A stretch of DNA of 64,000 nucleotides, taken from contig OY762007.1 of assembly GCA_963665115.1 (NCBI GenBank), forward strand, positions 6,112,001 through 6,176,000, given 5' to 3'. Numbering within the stretch: the first letter of the stretch is position 1; each line of letters starts with the position of its first letter. The DNA comes from an uncultured Rivularia sp. (GTDB taxonomy: Bacteria; Cyanobacteriota; Cyanobacteriia; Cyanobacteriales; Nostocaceae). The translations under genes and the position numbers were made by a program. This document shows positions 54,950-64,000 of the stretch, in pieces. The notes below the pieces were generated by a model. The model made no database searches and was not told the origin of the DNA. It worked only from the letters and a program-made list of their open reading frames with translations.

Positions 54950-56566
54950 TTACCTTTTACTCACATATTTATTATATCGAGTTATATTTTTACGTTTAAA
55001 TAAAACTGCACCAAAAATAGCTGATGTTAATATACCTAATATAGAAGAAGGTTCTGGAACTTTTTTAACTGGCTTGCCACCGTTAATATAATATTGTGAT
55101 TTATCCCAAACTGCTGCACCTACTTTACGTCCCAATACCCTACCGTTGATATCCCCATCCTGGAAGTGAATACCTCCGTAAAGTCTAGAAATTCCGGCTT
55201 CATCAGCAGCACTCGTAAAGGTATCCCAGCAAAGTTTTATTGGGTTGGAAGGTGTGTTGGTTTCAAAGGTAGAGGTGTTAGGTAATTGGGTATGACACGC
55301 TCCTAATTCATCGCTGTTTGTAAATTGTTTGAGTATTTCTGCACCAGCAGCGCTAAAGGTGCTGTGTCCGGATACATATTCGGCAAAGGGAGGGGTAACA
55401 AAGGATATGTCTTGGTAGGGTAGCCAGGTTGTACCATCTATCCATTGAGTACCTTTATCGGGACCAGCCCATGCATAGATTTCTTGTACGTTATTTTGTG
55501 GGTTGGTACGGACTAAGGGATGGTCGTTTGGTAATAAATTATTTGCTGCTAGGTATTGGATGGCTGTGACGGGACGGACGTAATCATAATGTTCTTTTGC
55601 ACCCCAAGCTGCAATTCCTGCATCGGATACTGCGTTACCCAAGCTAAAGAAGAGTTTGACGTTATCATCTAGGCTTAAATTATCTCTGGTGGAGACATAT
55701 TCGGCGAACAAATGCCAGTGACCTGGTGGTAGTATGGTTTGTGGTCCGTCTGCCCAGTACTCTGCAATTACTTTTTGTTCGTCTGTAAGGGAAGCGCTGT
55801 ATTCAATTACTTCCAGAGCTTGGTCTATATAGGATTGTGTACCGAATTCTGCGGGTGCTGGTGGTAGGTATTGATTCCCCGATTTTAAAGCAAAGGGGGT
55901 AACGTCTCCCCATTGCGGTGTGAGGAATTCTTGAATGTTATTGCCGTTATCTATACTAATTGGTTGCCAGTGATTGGGGTCGGTTATTTTATCCCAGGTG
56001 TTGACTGGTTTGTAATTAGTGGTGTCAGTGTAATTATTTAATTGGTTGGAGCCGTCGGTATATTTATTATTAAGTAATGTTTTAGCTGCTAAGTTACCTA
56101 TTCCTGCTGCGGTGTTTGGGTTGGTGGTTGTAGTGGTGGAATCTATTCCCAGTAGCTGCATGAGGTAAGTGAATGCGGGTTCCTGGGTGGGGAATAAGTC
56201 TAATAGCGTGGTGTATGCAGCGTAGTTGATTGCGGTGCTTTTATTTTCTAGGTTGATTTCTTGGTTTGAAACTTGGAGAGAATTGCCCAATTGAGTGCCG
56301 AAAGAAACTGGGTCGTAGGCTGCCCAGGCATCGTAAATACTGGTATTAACTAAGCCCAAAGCACGAGATGTGGGAGTGGGACCCATGTTGGTGTTGCTGA
56401 TGGCTTCTAATGTTGCTTGGTTCCACAGCAGTACGGGGTCTTCTGTGTGGAGGGAGAAGTCCATTGCTTGGGAAGGGAGGTTGAAGAGGATACTGACTGT
56501 GGAAGATAGGAATAAGAAGACTTTGAGTTTTAAGTTCTTTTGTTGAAGGGATTTTGGAGTTTTCAT
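54950..56566 (-). CDS. Vanadium-dependent haloperoxidase/PAP2-superfamily protein with a PEP-CTERM sorting signal
   Basis: KEHYDYVRP, TPPFAEYVSGHS, SRLYGGIHF; signal peptide; VPEP-TM-KRK tail. Confidence 0.88.
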   Translation of the reverse strand: MKTPKSLQQKNLKLKVFLFLSSTVSILFNLPSQAMDFSLHTEDPVLLWNQATLEAISNTNMGPTPTSRALGLVNTSIYDAWAAYDPVSFGTQLGNSLQVSNQEINLENKSTAINYAAYTTLLDLFPTQEPAFTYLMQLLGIDSTTTTTNPNTAAGIGNLAAKTLLNNKYTDGSNQLNNYTDTTNYKPVNTWDKITDPNHWQPISIDNGNNIQEFLTPQWGDVTPFALKSGNQYLPPAPAEFGTQSYIDQALEVIEYSASLTDEQKVIAEYWADGPQTILPPGHWHLFAEYVSTRDNLSLDDNVKLFFSLGNAVSDAGIAAWGAKEHYDYVRPVTAIQYLAANNLLPNDHPLVRTNPQNNVQEIYAWAGPDKGTQWIDGTTWLPYQDISFVTPPFAEYVSGHSTFSAAGAEILKQFTNSDELGACHTQLPNTSTFETNTPSNPIKLCWDTFTSAADEAGISRLYGGIHFQDGDINGRVLGRKVGAAVWDKSQYYINGGKPVKKVPEPSSILGILTSAIFGAVLFKRKNITRYNKYVSKR

Positions 56567-56776
56567 TATATTAATTGAGAAGTCAAGAGTAAAATGTTTA
56601 CAGTTAATATTGTTTTTATTTTTCGCAAAGATAGCTGATATTTATAAGTCCTAAATATTGAGAAATAAGACTACATATAAATAGGAGTGTATTGTGCTTT
56701 ATTCTAGCGATAAACGTACATTTTTTTAGTTTTGTTTAACACAATAATTTTGTTCATTAGTAATTTTATAGAACTT

Positions 56777-56820
56777 TAAAAAACGACTGCGTTTGAGGAT
56801 ATAAACGCAATCGCTTTTTA
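56777..56820. terminator. Hairpin terminator downstream of the giant surface protein gene
   Basis: AAAAAACGACTGCGTTT-gaggatat-AAACGCAATCGCTTTTT. Confidence 0.6.
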
Positions 56821-56923
56821 ATTTATTCTATTTAGGCTAATTATGAAGACGCTACTTTTTGTAAGATGAAAGCATTTTGTACTTCAAAAATCGCCTCATC
56901 ACTTAAGTCCGCAGTTTTGATAA

Positions 56924-59900
56924 TTAACTAACTCGGAAACTGTAATTTACCTCTTCATTGCTGTTAGTTTGCACTGCTAAGAAATAAATTCCATCACCGG
57001 GTAAAGTTGCTTGAAAATCAAACCCTAAACTGCGGGAGGTAATAAATTGATTATCAGAATTATAAAGTACATAGGAACCACCTCTTTGACTTCCTAAATC
57101 TTCAAAGGATAATTGTTGACCTGCTGTTCCCTCGAATTTGTAAAATACGGTTTTTTGTCCAGAGTCAAGACTACCGCTAATAGTGCTGTCCAAAGTTAGG
57201 TCAATAGCAGAAGCAGTATCTAGCAATTGAAAGCTGTAATCTCCTGTTATGTTACTACTACCATCTACAATCAATTGATAAGTTCCAGTTTCTATTAAAG
57301 TGAAGGGTTGACCATTGGAAGCGGTATTAATGAAAAATACTTGCTCACCACTAGGACTAATTAAGCTAGTGTCAATTCGGGAGTTACCACTAATTCCGTC
57401 GTAGTAGAGAGTTTGACCTGCTGTTCCGCTAAAGGTGTAAATATCTTCTTCTCCTGTTTTGGAAATATTGCTATTTACTATTTCTCCTAAAGTTAATTCT
57501 GTGGTAGTGATAGAGGATGTAATTAGCGAAAAACTGTATGAGAGGGTTTCTTCGTTACTAAAACCTTGCACTGCTAAAATGTAGGTTCCATTTCCTGGGA
57601 GGATGATTTCTCTATTACTTCTAAAATTCACGGAAGTAACTGATTGATTTTCAGGACTGTAAAGTGTGAAAGAACTACCACTTTCACTTCCTTTATCCTC
57701 TAGGAAAAGTTTTTGATTTGCTGTTCCTTCAAATTTGTAGAGTTGTGTTTCTTGTCCCGGTTCTAAACTTCCACTAATAGTGCTGTCCAAAGTTAAATCA
57801 ATAGCAGAAGCAGTATCTAGCAATTGGAAGCTGTAATCTCCTGTTATGTTACTACTAGCATCCACTATTAATTGATAGGTTCCGGTTTCTAATAAAGTGA
57901 AGGGTTGGCGGTTGGAAGCGGTATTTCTGAAGGACAACACTTGCTCACCACTAGGACTAATTAAGCGAGTGTCAATTCGGGAGTCACTACTAATTCCGTC
58001 GTAGTAGAGACTTTGACCTACTGTTCCTTCAAAGGTGTAAATATCTTCTTCTCCTGGTTTGGAAATATTACTATTTACTATTTCTCCTAAAGTTAACTCG
58101 GTAGTAGTATTTTCTGATGTAGTTAGCGAAAAACTGTATGAGCGGGTTTCTCCGTTACTAAAGCCTTGTACCGCTAAAACGTAGGTTCCGTTTTCTGGGA
58201 GAGTGATTTCTCTATTACCTCTAAAATTCACAGAAGTTACTTGTTGATTTCCAGGACTGTAAAGTCTGAAAGAGCCACCACTTTCACTTCCTTTATCCTC
58301 TAAGAAAAGCTTTTGATTTTCCGTTCCTTCAAATTTGTAAAGGAAGGTTTCTTGTACGGGTTCGAGACTACCGTTAATAGTGGTATCCAAAGTTAGGTCA
58401 GTAGCATTAGCTAAATCTAGCAATTGGAAACTGTAATCTCCTGTTACGTTCGCAAAAGCATCTACAATCAATTGATAGGTTCCGGTTTCTAATAAAGCGA
58501 ACGGTTGACGGTCGGAAGCAATATTATTGTTGACAAATACTCGCTCACCACTAGGACTTATTAAGCTAGTGTCAATTCGGAGATCACCACTAATTCCGTT
58601 GTAGTAGAGACTTTGACCTACTGTTCCTTCAAAAGTGTAAATATCTTCTTCACCTGTTTTGGAAATATTGCTACTTACTATTTTCGATAAGGTTAATTCA
58701 GTAGTGTTGATTTCTGATGTAACTAAGGAAAAACTGTAATTTAAGATTTCTCTGTTACTAAAACCTTCTAGCGCTAAAACGTAGGTTCCGTTTTCTGGTA
58801 GGTTGATTTCTCTAATACGTCCAGCAACTGTAAAGATTTGTAAAGTAAGTAATTGATTGTCAGGACTGTAAAGTTTATAAAATCCACCAGTTTGACTTCC
58901 TTTATCTTCTAAGAAAAGCTTTTGATTTGCTGTTCCTTCAAATTTGTAGAGTTGTGTTTCTTGTCCGGGTTCAAGACTACCGCTAATAGTGGTATCAAAG
59001 GTTAAATCAGTAGCATTGGGTAAATCTAACAATTGGAAACTGTAATCACCTGTAATATTACCACTACCATCCACTATTAATTGATAAGTTCCGGTTTCTA
59101 GTAAAGTGAAAGGTTGAAGATTGTCAGCAGTATTTCTGTTAAACAATACTTGCTCTCCACTAGGACTAATTAAGCGAGTGTTAATTCCAAATTGACCACT
59201 AATACCGTCGTAGTAAAGACGTTGACCTGCTGTTCCTTCAAAGGTGTAAACTTCATCTTCTCCAGCTTCAAAAATACTACCCGTAACTGTTTCTCCCAAA
59301 GTTAGGGATGTAACCAGAGGACGTTTGGTAAAGTCTAAAGTAAAGTCTTCCGTTAAAGCATTACCAGCGCGGTCAGTAATAATACTAGAGTCAATTTTCA
59401 GTTGATATTTACCAGGAACTAACTCTGCTGGTGGTAATACAAACAAACTCCTTCCGGTTTCGCTGGTTTGGAATCCTTGCAAATTAACAGTAGTATCGTC
59501 ATCTCCACCGACTGCTTCATCAGCACCCAAATTCGTTAAAGTTATACCGCTCAAATCTAAGAGTTCGGTGTCAATGGGTTCGTCAAAGCGGACTGAGATA
59601 CCAGAAATATTCTTGCGTCTTCCATCAGCTTTGGGAGATGTGCTGGTAACGTTAGGTGCAAAAGTATCCGGTACTAAATTAAAGGTGAGGGTATTGGAGA
59701 TAGTGCTGTTACCACCAGTATCCGTAGCTCGAACTTGGACATCTACCCTAGTCGCTTCTGGGTCGTCATTGAGTGCTGTAGCTGTTAAATCAAATGGGAA
59801 GGAAACATCATTACTAACCACTTCACCATTAACTAAAAGTTCTACATTACGGATTTGTACGTCGTCTTCAACGTCAACTTGGATGGGAAGCGAAGAACCT

Positions 59901-62900
59901 TCCAACACTTGAATACCATCCACGTCAGCATCTAAATCTGCTTCCGGACTGGTAATTATTACCGTCGGAGCTTGACCTTGATTATCGAAACCCAGGTAGT
60001 TGATGACCTGTAACCCGCTCGAACCATCTGCTACAAAAGCAATTCCCGACGCGATCGCAATATCGTTGGTAAATCCAGGAGTATCAATTTGGGTGATAAA
60101 ATTATCCGTGTCTGCAGGGTCGCTGACGTTGTAAATTCCTAATCCTTGACCTTCAGTAGCTACTAAAGCCAAACCGGAACCGTTTAATGTCACATCCCTA
60201 GCAGTAAAGAATTGTTCTGCATTACCAATTAAAGTAGGATTGCTGGGGTCAGAAATATCAACCGTCCGCAGACCACTACCACCCAAGTAAGCAACTCCAT
60301 TACCAACAGATATACCTACAGCAGAAGAAGCAACAGAAACATTTATCTGACCTTGTACCGTTGCGGCTGTGGGATTTGTGATATCAACTACAGAGAATGT
60401 ATCGGAACCGCTGGTATAAGCGTAAAGATTATTTCCTTCCCTTGCTAAGTCGGTAACGGTACCCGAACCCGATAGAGTTAATTGTTGTAACTCATCTCCC
60501 GTCAATAGGTCAATAGCTTTGAGGTTCGTACCAACTGTTGCGTAACCGATACCGTCAACAACTTCTACTTTATTGGCAGAAATATTAACAGTTTGGCTGA
60601 GGGTTGGAAGCATGGGGTCAGATACATCTACCAATTGCAATCCACCGTTATTAGTAGCTACTGCTGCAATTTGTAAATTAGTGTCAACCGCTACATCTGT
60701 TGCATCTCCTAGTAAATCAAGTTGACCGAGGATAATGGGGTTATTGAATTGGGAAGCGTTTATAATTGCTAAACCGTGGGAACCTGTAGCGACGTAAGCG
60801 GTTTGGGTTTGGGTGTCGGTGGTTGAGCCTTTTACAGTTATTGCATTGGCTTCACCTTGTAGCGGTAAGCTGGAAATGATTCCTGTGGGGAAACCTTGTC
60901 CTCCTAGTGGGTCTAATCCTTGTTCAATTTCGGCTGTGTCGGATATTCCGTCATTGTCCGTGTCAATTTTTTCGTAATCTGTACCAATGGTAAACTCACC
61001 AAAGTCAGGGATACCATCACCATCTGCATCTGGACCACCGACCTGAGAAAGAGTTGTTGTACGTTCAGTAGAAGTACCGCTTGCACCTGATGTACCAGAA
61101 ATAATTTCAAATCTATTGGTACGAGGACTATATATGAAAAGATTAAAGTCTGTGTTAGGTGGTAATACCGTACTATATTTACCTTTCTCGTTTGTACGTC
61201 CTGTAATTTCACTTCCATTAGCCAAGACGTAACGGTAGAAAGCACGCGGGTCGTTGCCGAAACCAGATGCAGTAGAAAGTTGAGCTTCTGTGATTAATGC
61301 ATTAGACAATTGTGCTTCGCTTCTTACCGGAGAGGAATCCGTATTCAAAGATGAAGACAAGGGGGTGATATTGCTGGGTGGTAAATTGGAAGATGCTGGA
61401 GAGGGTGTAGTGCTGAGTGCTGAATTTAAAGATACTTGAGAACTGCTATCAACTTCTCTAAGGAAAATACGCGGTGAAAGCTTTAGTTGTGTGCCTACAG
61501 AAATCTCTGCAATTGGTCCAATAGTTTCATTAAAATCAACTATCGGTGTTATTAGGAAAGGATATTCATATTTACGAATTTTTATTGTTGGTGATCCAAA
61601 GAGCGTAATTTCAGGAAGCTTATGCTTTTTACACAGGAAATTCCCAACACCAAAAGGAATATTGCATATTGGGCTATTCTTGATCTGACCTGAAACTTCA
61701 GTAACAATATTAAGGGCAATATCACCACTTATCTCACCTACTGGATTAAAACCAGTACCTTTAATTTTCGCTTGAGCTTTTGCTTGTCCTTTAATTGCTG
61801 CATTTCCCACTGCATCAAAAAGCGTGTAGTCAAACTCTGGAACAAATCTAGCAACGAATTCAGAGACAGTGAATTCAAAACTTGCTGACCCACCAAAATC
61901 TAATGAATCGAATGGTTTATATTTCGGTTCCCATAATAATGATTTAAGTTTATCATCACCAGGAACTACATTTTTAAAAAAATTGTTTGATACTTGAAAC
62001 CCAAATTTTCCGGAAATCTCTAGCGGTGTCCATTCTCCATCAAAGCTAATCCCAGCTTCAAAAGTTACGTCACCCTCGTCTTCTTCTTCTTCGTCATCAT
62101 TATCATCAACATCTCCTTCATCAGTAGTACCCGGATTAGTAAAATGCCAACCTGGCGCTCTTATCCCCACTCCTTCATCAGAAACAATACTCTTCCCATC
62201 TTCACTCACCGTACCAGTACCAATAATCTCCCAATCACCAGCATCGTGATTGAAAGTCCAAATCAAACTTTTCTCACCAGGTTCTAATCCTTCCAAGTTC
62301 GGGAAAGTAACGGGTGCTGGAACATCAAAATTAGTCGCTCCACCTCCAGCTTCCCGGTTAAACCCATTTTCGTTACCTGCTTGAATCGAAATCACCAATC
62401 CAGGGTCAGAACCTGGTGGTAAAGGTGCTGGTAATCGATTTGGATCTACAGGTACAATCATCGCTTGAGTTGCGGGATTTCCTGCATCATCGGTCGCCGA
62501 ACCCGCAACAAATGTTACCTGTGTTTGCTGCCATATTTCTGGGTCAATATCGGGGAATTCTCTTTGTAAGAATTCTAAAGAAGCTTCTCCCAATCCCACA
62601 TCTGTATCTTCTGTATCCGACAATTCCACAACGTCACCCGCAGCCATTACAGGTAAGTAGACATCAAATGGTTCCCCATCCATTTCTAATTGAACTTCTT
62701 GTCCCGGTACGCTGTGGAATGCTTTTCCTAAACTCGCGTACTGAGTACCTTCTGGAGTATTATTAACCTTAGAACCATCAATATATACGTAAAAATCTGG
62801 TGCGGGAACGTCTTCTAATTTGAAGTAACCATTTTCATCAGTTACCGCAAATACATCGGGTAAAGAATCTAAGCGAATTACTACCCCTTCTAAAGGAATA

Positions 62901-64000
62901 TCAGAACCATCTTCGTTTTTGTTGTAGGAATCGTAAACATAACCCCAAACATCAGTTCCTTCAATTCTGGTTAAAGGTAAGGTAGTAAAATCAGCAGTCG
63001 CAATTCCACCAGCTATTCCATCACTATTTCCATCAATTGCAACTCCACTACGAGATTTAATTTTGTCACCATCCACAACTACCCGTACTTCTGTAGATTG
63101 GGGTAAAGGTTGGTCGTAGAAGAATGTTGCAAATTTCTCGGTGCTAGAAACAACAATTCTTCCTTCAAGTCGTTCCCCATTCGCTATTACATAGAAGGAT
63201 TCCTCATTAACCGTGCTGGGGTCAACTTTACTATTGAAGCGGACAATGGTTTCCCTGGTTAAAGCAACCATTTCCTCACCGTTTGTGGGAGAAATTGTTA
63301 CAGCAGGAGGAGCGACGGAGAAATCTAGAATCGTATTTTCAGCAATAGTATTACCTGCTAAATCTTTAATTTCTGTACCCAGAGCTAACTGATAGCTTGT
63401 TTGGGTTAATGGTGCGGCTAATGTCAATTTAGCAACTGTATTACTGATTTTTTCAATCGAAGAAATTTCTACAGTTTTACCGTCATTATCTCCACCGGAA
63501 ATAGTCAGCGTATAATTACCACTTGCAAAAGCTTCATCGGATACCGCTTCGTTGTAAGTTACTTCAAAAGATGAAGGTGTATCGATTAAATTGCTGGAAA
63601 TAATTGCTGTGGGTGGTGTTGTATCTACCACTCCAATATTGACGTTTATTTCACTACTGCTGGTATTTCCTGCTAAATCAGTAGAAGTAATAGTCAAAGT
63701 TTGAGAACCATTACTCAAACCAGTTAAATCCAATTCAACATCAAATTCCCCATTATCGGTAACGGGAACTGTAATTTCAGAACCACCACTAAATTGATAA
63801 GTTAAACTCGCAATTTCAGAACCAGTTCCATCCAAACTACCAGTTAATTTTGCACCTTCGGTTAAAATTTCACTAGCGCTAGGGTTATTAACTGTTAAAG
63901 CAGGTAATTGAGTATCTAGAGTAAATTGAAATTCTAGAACTTCAGAAACATTACCAACCGCATCAGTAGCAATTAATTTAAGAGTATGTTCACTTTCATT
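56924..64000 (-). CDS. Giant surface/adhesin-like protein (Ig-like, TSP3-like, LVIVD, tandem PPC repeats); 5' end outside the window
   Basis: Frame is open to 64000. TDLAGN Ig repeats, DADGDG/DTDNDG, GLQLVDVSDP, and four roughly 200-aa EDIYTFEGT...GTYQL/QLYKFEGT units. Confidence 0.88.
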   Translation of the reverse strand, partial: NESEHTLKLIATDAVGNVSEVLEFQFTLDTQLPALTVNNPSASEILTEGAKLTGSLDGTGSEIASLTYQFSGGSEITVPVTDNGEFDVELDLTGLSNGSQTLTITSTDLAGNTSSSEINVNIGVVDTTPPTAIISSNLIDTPSSFEVTYNEAVSDEAFASGNYTLTISGGDNDGKTVEISSIEKISNTVAKLTLAAPLTQTSYQLALGTEIKDLAGNTIAENTILDFSVAPPAVTISPTNGEEMVALTRETIVRFNSKVDPSTVNEESFYVIANGERLEGRIVVSSTEKFATFFYDQPLPQSTEVRVVVDGDKIKSRSGVAIDGNSDGIAGGIATADFTTLPLTRIEGTDVWGYVYDSYNKNEDGSDIPLEGVVIRLDSLPDVFAVTDENGYFKLEDVPAPDFYVYIDGSKVNNTPEGTQYASLGKAFHSVPGQEVQLEMDGEPFDVYLPVMAAGDVVELSDTEDTDVGLGEASLEFLQREFPDIDPEIWQQTQVTFVAGSATDDAGNPATQAMIVPVDPNRLPAPLPPGSDPGLVISIQAGNENGFNREAGGGATNFDVPAPVTFPNLEGLEPGEKSLIWTFNHDAGDWEIIGTGTVSEDGKSIVSDEGVGIRAPGWHFTNPGTTDEGDVDDNDDEEEEDEGDVTFEAGISFDGEWTPLEISGKFGFQVSNNFFKNVVPGDDKLKSLLWEPKYKPFDSLDFGGSASFEFTVSEFVARFVPEFDYTLFDAVGNAAIKGQAKAQAKIKGTGFNPVGEISGDIALNIVTEVSGQIKNSPICNIPFGVGNFLCKKHKLPEITLFGSPTIKIRKYEYPFLITPIVDFNETIGPIAEISVGTQLKLSPRIFLREVDSSSQVSLNSALSTTPSPASSNLPPSNITPLSSSLNTDSSPVRSEAQLSNALITEAQLSTASGFGNDPRAFYRYVLANGSEITGRTNEKGKYSTVLPPNTDFNLFIYSPRTNRFEIISGTSGASGTSTERTTTLSQVGGPDADGDGIPDFGEFTIGTDYEKIDTDNDGISDTAEIEQGLDPLGGQGFPTGIISSLPLQGEANAITVKGSTTDTQTQTAYVATGSHGLAIINASQFNNPIILGQLDLLGDATDVAVDTNLQIAAVATNNGGLQLVDVSDPMLPTLSQTVNISANKVEVVDGIGYATVGTNLKAIDLLTGDELQQLTLSGSGTVTDLAREGNNLYAYTSGSDTFSVVDITNPTAATVQGQINVSVASSAVGISVGNGVAYLGGSGLRTVDISDPSNPTLIGNAEQFFTARDVTLNGSGLALVATEGQGLGIYNVSDPADTDNFITQIDTPGFTNDIAIASGIAFVADGSSGLQVINYLGFDNQGQAPTVIITSPEADLDADVDGIQVLEGSSLPIQVDVEDDVQIRNVELLVNGEVVSNDVSFPFDLTATALNDDPEATRVDVQVRATDTGGNSTISNTLTFNLVPDTFAPNVTSTSPKADGRRKNISGISVRFDEPIDTELLDLSGITLTNLGADEAVGGDDDTTVNLQGFQTSETGRSLFVLPPAELVPGKYQLKIDSSIITDRAGNALTEDFTLDFTKRPLVTSLTLGETVTGSIFEAGEDEVYTFEGTAGQRLYYDGISGQFGINTRLISPSGEQVLFNRNTADNLQPFTLLETGTYQLIVDGSGNITGDYSFQLLDLPNATDLTFDTTISGSLEPGQETQLYKFEGTANQKLFLEDKGSQTGGFYKLYSPDNQLLTLQIFTVAGRIREINLPENGTYVLALEGFSNREILNYSFSLVTSEINTTELTLSKIVSSNISKTGEEDIYTFEGTVGQSLYYNGISGDLRIDTSLISPSGERVFVNNNIASDRQPFALLETGTYQLIVDAFANVTGDYSFQLLDLANATDLTLDTTINGSLEPVQETFLYKFEGTENQKLFLEDKGSESGGSFRLYSPGNQQVTSVNFRGNREITLPENGTYVLAVQGFSNGETRSYSFSLTTSENTTTELTLGEIVNSNISKPGEEDIYTFEGTVGQSLYYDGISSDSRIDTRLISPSGEQVLSFRNTASNRQPFTLLETGTYQLIVDASSNITGDYSFQLLDTASAIDLTLDSTISGSLEPGQETQLYKFEGTANQKLFLEDKGSESGSSFTLYSPENQSVTSVNFRSNREIILPGNGTYILAVQGFSNEETLSYSFSLITSSITTTELTLGEIVNSNISKTGEEDIYTFSGTAGQTLYYDGISGNSRIDTSLISPSGEQVFFINTASNGQPFTLIETGTYQLIVDGSSNITGDYSFQLLDTASAIDLTLDSTISGSLDSGQKTVFYKFEGTAGQQLSFEDLGSQRGGSYVLYNSDNQFITSRSLGFDFQATLPGDGIYFLAVQTNSNEEVNYSFRVS

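Noticed and set aside
1..64000. CRISPR array
   Set aside because: No regularly spaced identical repeats with unique spacers were found; the periodic repeats are coding (WD40, PPC) or short heptamers.

Overview
AT-rich DNA, most likely from a filamentous cyanobacterium (inferred from HIP1 GCGATCGC octamers, xisH/xisI and a PEP-CTERM protein). Left flank (1-7.5 kb): the 5' part of a FAAL-ACP-condensation lipopeptide NRPS gene, with a divergent large secreted PPC/RTX-type protein. About 7.6-54.9 kb is a mosaic mobile region. It holds (i) a plasmid/ICE-like backbone with three ribbon-helix-helix (RHH) regulators, a wHTH replication protein, DinD-like and AAA_24 genes; (ii) a membrane-protein operon ending in an M23 peptidase, a lysozyme-like protein and an FtsK/SpoIIIE ATPase, with no relaxase or VirB4 in the window; (iii) three group II introns, two of which splice out to restore in-frame host genes; (iv) a deleted tyrosine integrase beside an attP-like tRNA-Phe 3' fragment; and (v) cargo: a TacAT-type TA pair, xisHI, an IS66-family element, a NACHT-WD40 gene and decayed genes. 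Right flank: a PEP-CTERM vanadium haloperoxidase-like protein and a giant Ig/LVIVD/PPC surface protein. The most notable unannotated signals are a conserved -1 frameshift cassette in two RHH paralogues with a conserved hidden coiled-coil extension, a canonical -1 frameshift signal in the membrane operon, repeated 11-6-11 recombination-like sites, and nested HIP1-targeted micro-insertions. Many genes carry single-base homopolymer frameshifts that may be assembly errors.
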